The position numbers and the translations under genes are program-made. From IMG/VR virus record IMGVR_UViG_3300038760_000071, positions 1 to 64,000 of that record: 64,000 bases of DNA. The stretch is one strand, 5' to 3'. The notes under the pieces were generated by a model, which was not told where the DNA came from, did not search any database, and saw nothing but the letters and a program-made list of their open reading frames with translations. The stretch comes from a virus. Shown here in pieces: positions 59,671-64,000 of this stretch (position 1 is its first letter; every line of letters begins with the position of its first letter).

Positions 59671-59853
59671 ATGAGCGAAATTATTAAATCAATGCCATCA
59701 AATAAAGCATGGTTAAGTAACTACGATAGAGCGTTTCTTAAATTGACTCCTAAAGATTGGGCGAAGTTGGAAGATGTAGAGTGTACAAGTTCATTAACCC
59801 GTAAAATGTCTTTTAAAGAGTTTCAAAATCTTATACTAGGGGGTGTTGTATAG
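59671..59853 (+). CDS. Hypothetical protein (60 aa)
   Basis: TTGCTA-17nt-TATAAT-6nt-ATG defines the start. Confidence 0.6.
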   Translation: MSEIIKSMPSNKAWLSNYDRAFLKLTPKDWAKLEDVECTSSLTRKMSFKEFQNLILGGVV

Positions 59854-59864
59854 ATAATTACAAT

Positions 59865-60500
59865 ATGGGAATACAAAATAATACAGTCGAACTATTAGGT
59901 TATTATGGAAGCGATGAAATTATCGCTTGTAGCGCTTGGACATCAACATCAAGAAAACTTACCAATGAAAAGAGAGAACGGATTCCTAAACTCATCGATA
60001 TGCTCTGGCGAGAAGGGCACCACACGCCCTTTGAAAAAGCTACATGTCACTTTCTTGTTAATTGTGATATTGCTAGTCATATTCATCTACTCAAGCATCG
60101 CGTTGCTTCTATTAATGCTGAATCAGCTAGATATAAAGAGTTAAAGGAGGACAAATATTACATTCCAACTGACTGGAGCAATAAATGGAGAGAGAAATTA
60201 GAACAGTTTAACAAGGATGCAAACAACCTCTACCATGAATGCTTAGAAGAGCTTGAACCAGAGATTGGTAGGAAAAGATCTAAAGAATCGGCTAGATTTT
60301 TTAAACCATATGCATCACAAATACAGGCAGATATTATGTTTAACTTTAGATCGTTTGCAAACTTTTTAAAGTTACGTAATAATGAACACTCACAACTTGA
60401 GATTAGAGAAATTGCTCAACAGATGATAACCCTAGTTGAAAATATTGAAGGTAATCCATTTAAACATACAATTACATCATGGAAACAACATTTAAATTAA
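59865..60500 (+). CDS. thyX: FAD-dependent thymidylate synthase
   Basis: GHHTPFE, LKHRVASINAESARY, ESARF, LR..HSQLEIRE motifs. Confidence 0.93.
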   Translation: MGIQNNTVELLGYYGSDEIIACSAWTSTSRKLTNEKRERIPKLIDMLWREGHHTPFEKATCHFLVNCDIASHIHLLKHRVASINAESARYKELKEDKYYIPTDWSNKWREKLEQFNKDANNLYHECLEELEPEIGRKRSKESARFFKPYASQIQADIMFNFRSFANFLKLRNNEHSQLEIREIAQQMITLVENIEGNPFKHTITSWKQHLN

Positions 60501-60715
60501 AAGGTTATTGTAGGGTAGTATCTGCAGATGATACAGAGAGAAAAAATTGGTTAGATGTTCCACGTGCACCTGAGTTTGAAACGTATGCAGGTGCACAGCG
60601 ATATTATATAGAAACTACTGCTAGCGGCGTCGATACTAGACGCTGGGATATGTTTGAACAGGTTGCTATATTTGAAGAGAGTGAATCAAGCAAATTTATG
60701 GCAACTATATCCTAG
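60479..60715 (+). CDS. Hypothetical protein
   Basis: 78-aa ORF overlapping the end of thyX. Confidence 0.55.
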   Translation: METTFKLKGYCRVVSADDTERKNWLDVPRAPEFETYAGAQRYYIETTASGVDTRRWDMFEQVAIFEESESSKFMATIS

Positions 60716-60767
60716 TACTGACATAAAATAGTTTTACATTCAAAATAATTTTTAATATAATAATATT

Positions 60768-61286
60768 ATGCAAGTATATTTTATTGCTGACCCTCATCTG
60801 GGTCATACAAATATTAATAAATTTAGATGGATAAATGAGCCCTTCACTAACGATGATCTTATTCTCCGTCACTGGCGCATGCTGCCTAAAAAGAGTCTAA
60901 TATATGTTCTCGGGGATGTGGCGTTTAATGATAAATCTCTTTTACAGTTAGTCGACATGCCCGGTAGAAAAATTCTAATATCAGGCAACCATGATGATAT
61001 GACATCACAGGGAGCGCAAAGAGAGGTTTTTGAGTCTGTATACGGGTTCTTAAGATATAAGGGAATGTGGGTGTCTCATGCCCCTGTTCATCCAGATACA
61101 ATCCTACAGTCGCGATGCTTTGTAAATATTCATGGACATACTCATAAAGATGAGCCGAGTTCTGATCTCTATTTCTCTGTGGATCCTGAGGTTCTAATGA
61201 GCAAAGGATTGAAACCGTTTGTGACTCTTGAGAAAATGCAGGAGCATATAAAGGGGTATATACCAAATACACAAAAGGAACTTTGA
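60768..61286 (+). CDS. Calcineurin-like metallophosphoesterase
   Basis: ADPHLGH, LGDVA, GNHD, SHAP, HGHTH motifs. Confidence 0.92.
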   Translation: MQVYFIADPHLGHTNINKFRWINEPFTNDDLILRHWRMLPKKSLIYVLGDVAFNDKSLLQLVDMPGRKILISGNHDDMTSQGAQREVFESVYGFLRYKGMWVSHAPVHPDTILQSRCFVNIHGHTHKDEPSSDLYFSVDPEVLMSKGLKPFVTLEKMQEHIKGYIPNTQKEL

Positions 61287-61292
61287 TATAAT
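61275..61292 (+). promoter_or_regulatory. AAGGAACT-N4-TATAAT promoter motif
   Basis: AAGGAACTTTGATATAAT. Confidence 0.75.
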
Positions 61293-61299
61293 ATAGGAG

Positions 61300-61482
61300 A
61301 TGAGAGTACAACTAACTAAAGAAGAAAAGGATTATGCAATCCGTAACAATATCTCGTTTGCAGATATGAGTGATTTCGTCTCAGATAAAGTTATGGAAGA
61401 TGAAGTTATGAGATCTTGGGAAATTATTAAAAATCGAGATGCATTCGATTATAGCTATACACAATTCTTCCCACGCAAGTAA
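61300..61482 (+). CDS. Hypothetical protein
   Basis: 60-aa ORF directly after the promoter motif. Confidence 0.65.
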   Translation: MRVQLTKEEKDYAIRNNISFADMSDFVSDKVMEDEVMRSWEIIKNRDAFDYSYTQFFPRK

Positions 61483-61491
61483 CATCGTAGG

Positions 61492-61526
61492 AAGGAACTC
61501 TGTTATAATAAAGAGTAGAAAGAAAC
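61492..61526 (+). promoter_or_regulatory. Promoter motif plus conserved AGAGTAGAAAGAAAC leader
   Basis: AAGGAACTCTGTTATAAT..AGAGTAGAAAGAAAC. Confidence 0.7.
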
Positions 61527-61594
61527 CTTAACACATATAACCTGTGAATATTCTTCATATTATTCTAATTACTAGCTCTACCACACTTACTGTA

Positions 61595-61906
61595 ATGGGT
61601 CGACCCCCTAAAAAGGCGTTTAAGCAACCAACCTTGCCTCAGGGAGAGAGATATATCTCCAGTGCACTGCTTGGTGTTGCATCCGGTGACCCCGGCTTGA
61701 TAGTAGTTACCGTGTCTCCCACGGAGACGACACGTAGTGCACGTACTAGCACAGCTGTAGTATTACCGACCCAAACAGCGCTCGCGAGCAGACGCGCACG
61801 TGCTAAGGCGAGGTTAGAGCGAGCGTCTAAAATCAATCGAAAAATCATATCTGAGGTAGGCTGGTCACCAGAAGCAGAATTCCAAAAACTTGATGATGCG
61901 CGATGA
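61595..61906 (+). CDS. Basic hypothetical protein (start uncertain, 61544 or 61595)
   Basis: MGRPPKK...; Arg-rich C-terminal half. Confidence 0.5.
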   Translation: MGRPPKKAFKQPTLPQGERYISSALLGVASGDPGLIVVTVSPTETTRSARTSTAVVLPTQTALASRRARAKARLERASKINRKIISEVGWSPEAEFQKLDDAR

Positions 61907-61921
61907 GCGAGTGAATCTCAA

Positions 61922-61957
61922 AAGGAAATCTGATATAATAATAGAGTAGAAAGAAAC
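61922..61957 (+). promoter_or_regulatory. Promoter motif plus conserved AGAGTAGAAAGAAAC leader
   Basis: AAGGAAATCTGATATAAT...AGAGTAGAAAGAAAC. Confidence 0.7.
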
Positions 61958-61974
61958 ATTAACAACCTTATAGA

Positions 61975-62880
61975 ATGAACTTAATTGAAGAAAGCACAGC
62001 GTTTACTAAAGTTTCAGATATTAACATCCCGTCGACGTTTTATAACCGAATGAAGACCGGTATTGCGGAATTTGACATGATCTTCGGTGAAGGTATTTTA
62101 CCTGGATCCTCAGCTACTATGACAGCTCAACCCGGGAGTGGTAAGACTACACTACTACTTCAATTATTGGAGACTTTAACTAGTCAAGGATACGCTACAG
62201 GATACGCTTCCGGAGAAGAAAATATGTATCAGTTAGCTTATACTTGTAAACGATTACATGTTGAGAATGTTCAAATTGCAAACGAAACTAATATTGATAC
62301 CTTAGCAAATGCTATGGAGAACCTCGATATTTTGGTTGTGGATTCATTCCAAGCTCTAACAACTACAACAAAGAAGAATTCTCGTGAGCTTGAGAGGTAC
62401 GCGGTATCAACTCTATGTAAAAGAGCTAAAGAAACAGAGTGTACCTTAATTTTTGTACTACACCTTACACAGGCTGGTAAGCTTAAGGGATCAACACTCA
62501 TTCCTCATTCCGTTGATGTTAATATTCAGATTACACACGACACGGAATCAGAAGATGAGAACACGAGAATTATTTCTACTTACAAAAATCGATTTGGAGC
62601 TACAGTTGATATTGAGGCGACGATTGGTAGTGGTGGATTTACTCTATCCGGGAAGAAAAAGGTTGAGAAAGGTAAGTCGAAAAAATCTCGTAAGGCTGAA
62701 CTGCTCGATAATATTCTTAAGCTTGATCCACCGATCATTACTAAGGCTAGTATTATGAAACTATTTTCCCTTACTGGGTCACAAGCCTACTTAGCTCTTA
62801 AAGAGCTTACTGATAGTGGTAAGTTAATTAAGTATGGTCGCGGTAGTGTCACAACATTTAAAAAAACATTGATAAGTTAA
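61975..62880 (+). CDS. RadA/Sms-like RecA-family ATPase with probable C-terminal winged helix
   Basis: TGIAEFD..G.GI, QPGSGKTT, SGEE, VVDSFQ, H.VD, KNRFG motifs. Confidence 0.85.
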   Translation: MNLIEESTAFTKVSDINIPSTFYNRMKTGIAEFDMIFGEGILPGSSATMTAQPGSGKTTLLLQLLETLTSQGYATGYASGEENMYQLAYTCKRLHVENVQIANETNIDTLANAMENLDILVVDSFQALTTTTKKNSRELERYAVSTLCKRAKETECTLIFVLHLTQAGKLKGSTLIPHSVDVNIQITHDTESEDENTRIISTYKNRFGATVDIEATIGSGGFTLSGKKKVEKGKSKKSRKAELLDNILKLDPPIITKASIMKLFSLTGSQAYLALKELTDSGKLIKYGRGSVTTFKKTLIS

Positions 62881-62915
62881 TCAATAACCTATAGTAACTC
62901 CTATATAATAATATT

Positions 62916-63029
62916 ATGAACAACCGAGATCGTTTACTATTTTTAGTTGAATTTCTAATTACTTGTACTATTATATATGGTGTTATATATATTATGTATG
63001 GTGTTATAGCAACCGGCTTGAAGCCTTAA
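62916..63029 (+). CDS. Small membrane peptide (37 aa)
   Basis: TATAAT-6nt-ATG; MNNRDRLLFLVEFLITCTIIYGVIYIMYGVIATGLKP*. Confidence 0.5.
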   Translation: MNNRDRLLFLVEFLITCTIIYGVIYIMYGVIATGLKP

Positions 63030-63041
63030 TATAATAATAGA

Positions 63042-63206
63042 ATGAAGAAGCCACTTAAGGTTAAGAGAGTTAAGCGCAACACAATGGAGGTCCGTAATTT
63101 GACTAGACATACGGTAACACCACCTACATTTTCATTTAAAGATAAGAAAAAAGCTGCTAACAGAAAGGCATGCAGAAAGCGAAATTATGAGAGAGACAGA
63201 GATTAG
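63042..63206 (+). CDS. Small highly basic protein (54 aa)
   Basis: TATAAT-6nt-ATG; MKKPLKVKRVK...PPTFSFKDKKKAANRKACRK. Confidence 0.55.
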   Translation: MKKPLKVKRVKRNTMEVRNLTRHTVTPPTFSFKDKKKAANRKACRKRNYERDRD

Positions 63207-63462
63207 TCGGGAGTTATTAGAAACAAATCCTTTGCTGTGGATTAAAGAGAAGGATAAAATATACTTAAAAGGTACAAATGTACAGGATTTAAATTCAGAT
63301 GGAGTCGTGCAGAGTATTGTTAGTGAAGATGGTAGCTGGTTTGTTAATGTTGAAACAGAAGCAGGAGAATCAATTCATGTTAATTTAAGTGATGTTATTA
63401 GTGTTAAGATATTTAAAGATACACCTGACGCAAATAGTACAACCGGCACTTTATCTGTCTAA
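63187..63462 (+). CDS. Hypothetical protein
   Basis: 91-aa ORF. Confidence 0.6.
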   Translation: MRETEISRELLETNPLLWIKEKDKIYLKGTNVQDLNSDGVVQSIVSEDGSWFVNVETEAGESIHVNLSDVISVKIFKDTPDANSTTGTLSV

Positions 63463-63501
63463 TTACCTGAACGCATATTAACCACTAACAAATAAAATAA
63501 A

Positions 63502-64000
63502 ATGAAACCCGAAACTATTTCAAATATGTCAATTAAAATTGCTGGTCATGTCCTATTATGGTACAGTGTTTGTGTTGTAGTATACTGCTCATGGGCATAT
63601 ATTACAAAAGGTGAACGTGAGGTAAGAGGCAAACAATGGGAGTTAAGACAACTACCAATAGCACCAGCTGTATCTCAATCTAGGAGGGATGAGGATGTAG
63701 GTGATAATGCATTTAATACAAGCCTGCTCGGGTATAATGAAAATGAGTATTTAGATAGTCGCCCATTACAGGAAGGGTATAAGCAGGTCGATCTAGAGTG
63801 GGGTTGTTCTGAAGATGAACTTAAAGAGCTGTTCCGCGTTATTAAGAAAAATATACCCGACCGCAAAACTCAAGCATGGTGCGCGGCAGTAACATATGTG
63901 GAATCTCGAGGTCGACCACATCTTATTGGTGATAAGTCGTCTAGCGGATCATATGGTGGGTGGCAGATTAATAAGAAATATCACCCTGAAATTATTAATG
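63502..64000 (+). CDS. Lytic transglycosylase (SLT-like) with N-terminal membrane anchor, truncated by window end
   Basis: Manual translation: hydrophobic N-terminus, AVTYVESRG (catalytic ES), SYGGWQIN. Confidence 0.75.
   Translation, partial: MKPETISNMSIKIAGHVLLWYSVCVVVYCSWAYITKGEREVRGKQWELRQLPIAPAVSQSRRDEDVGDNAFNTSLLGYNENEYLDSRPLQEGYKQVDLEWGCSEDELKELFRVIKKNIPDRKTQAWCAAVTYVESRGRPHLIGDKSSSGSYGGWQINKKYHPEIIN

Noticed and set aside
1-64000. Stop-codon reassignment
   Set aside because: Standard code gives dense, full-length genes, and TAG/TGA end genes at sensible positions.

Overview
This window is part of a large, AT-rich, T4-like (contractile-tail) phage genome. Positions 1-48.8 kb hold mostly minus-strand virion genes: mucin-like Pro/Thr/Ser fibre proteins, tail fibres, baseplate gp6/gp25/gp53/hub, tube, sheath, gp3 and neck gp14. 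Clamp loader, dUTPase and a probable small terminase are interspersed. Positions 48.8-64 kb hold mostly plus-strand accessory genes: exonuclease, NDP-sugar enzymes, glycosyl- and sulfotransferase, tRNA-Gly, an outer-membrane beta-barrel, deaminase, ThyX, a RadA-like ATPase and lytic transglycosylases. The main finding is the large terminase (38032-43737), which is fractured into three genes separated by two endonuclease-type ORFs. It appears to need one cis-splicing class 3 intein and two different atypically split inteins. The middle gene is IntC - 11-residue Walker B extein - IntN, so a ~565-aa TerL would be assembled from three polypeptides by ordered trans-splicing. A second theme is that a -10-type box (TAAATA or TATAAT) sits 5-7 nt before the start codon of most genes, implying largely leaderless mRNAs. 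A repeated GGAACT-N4-TATAAT promoter class is also present. All product calls come from motif recognition by eye; no database searches were run.
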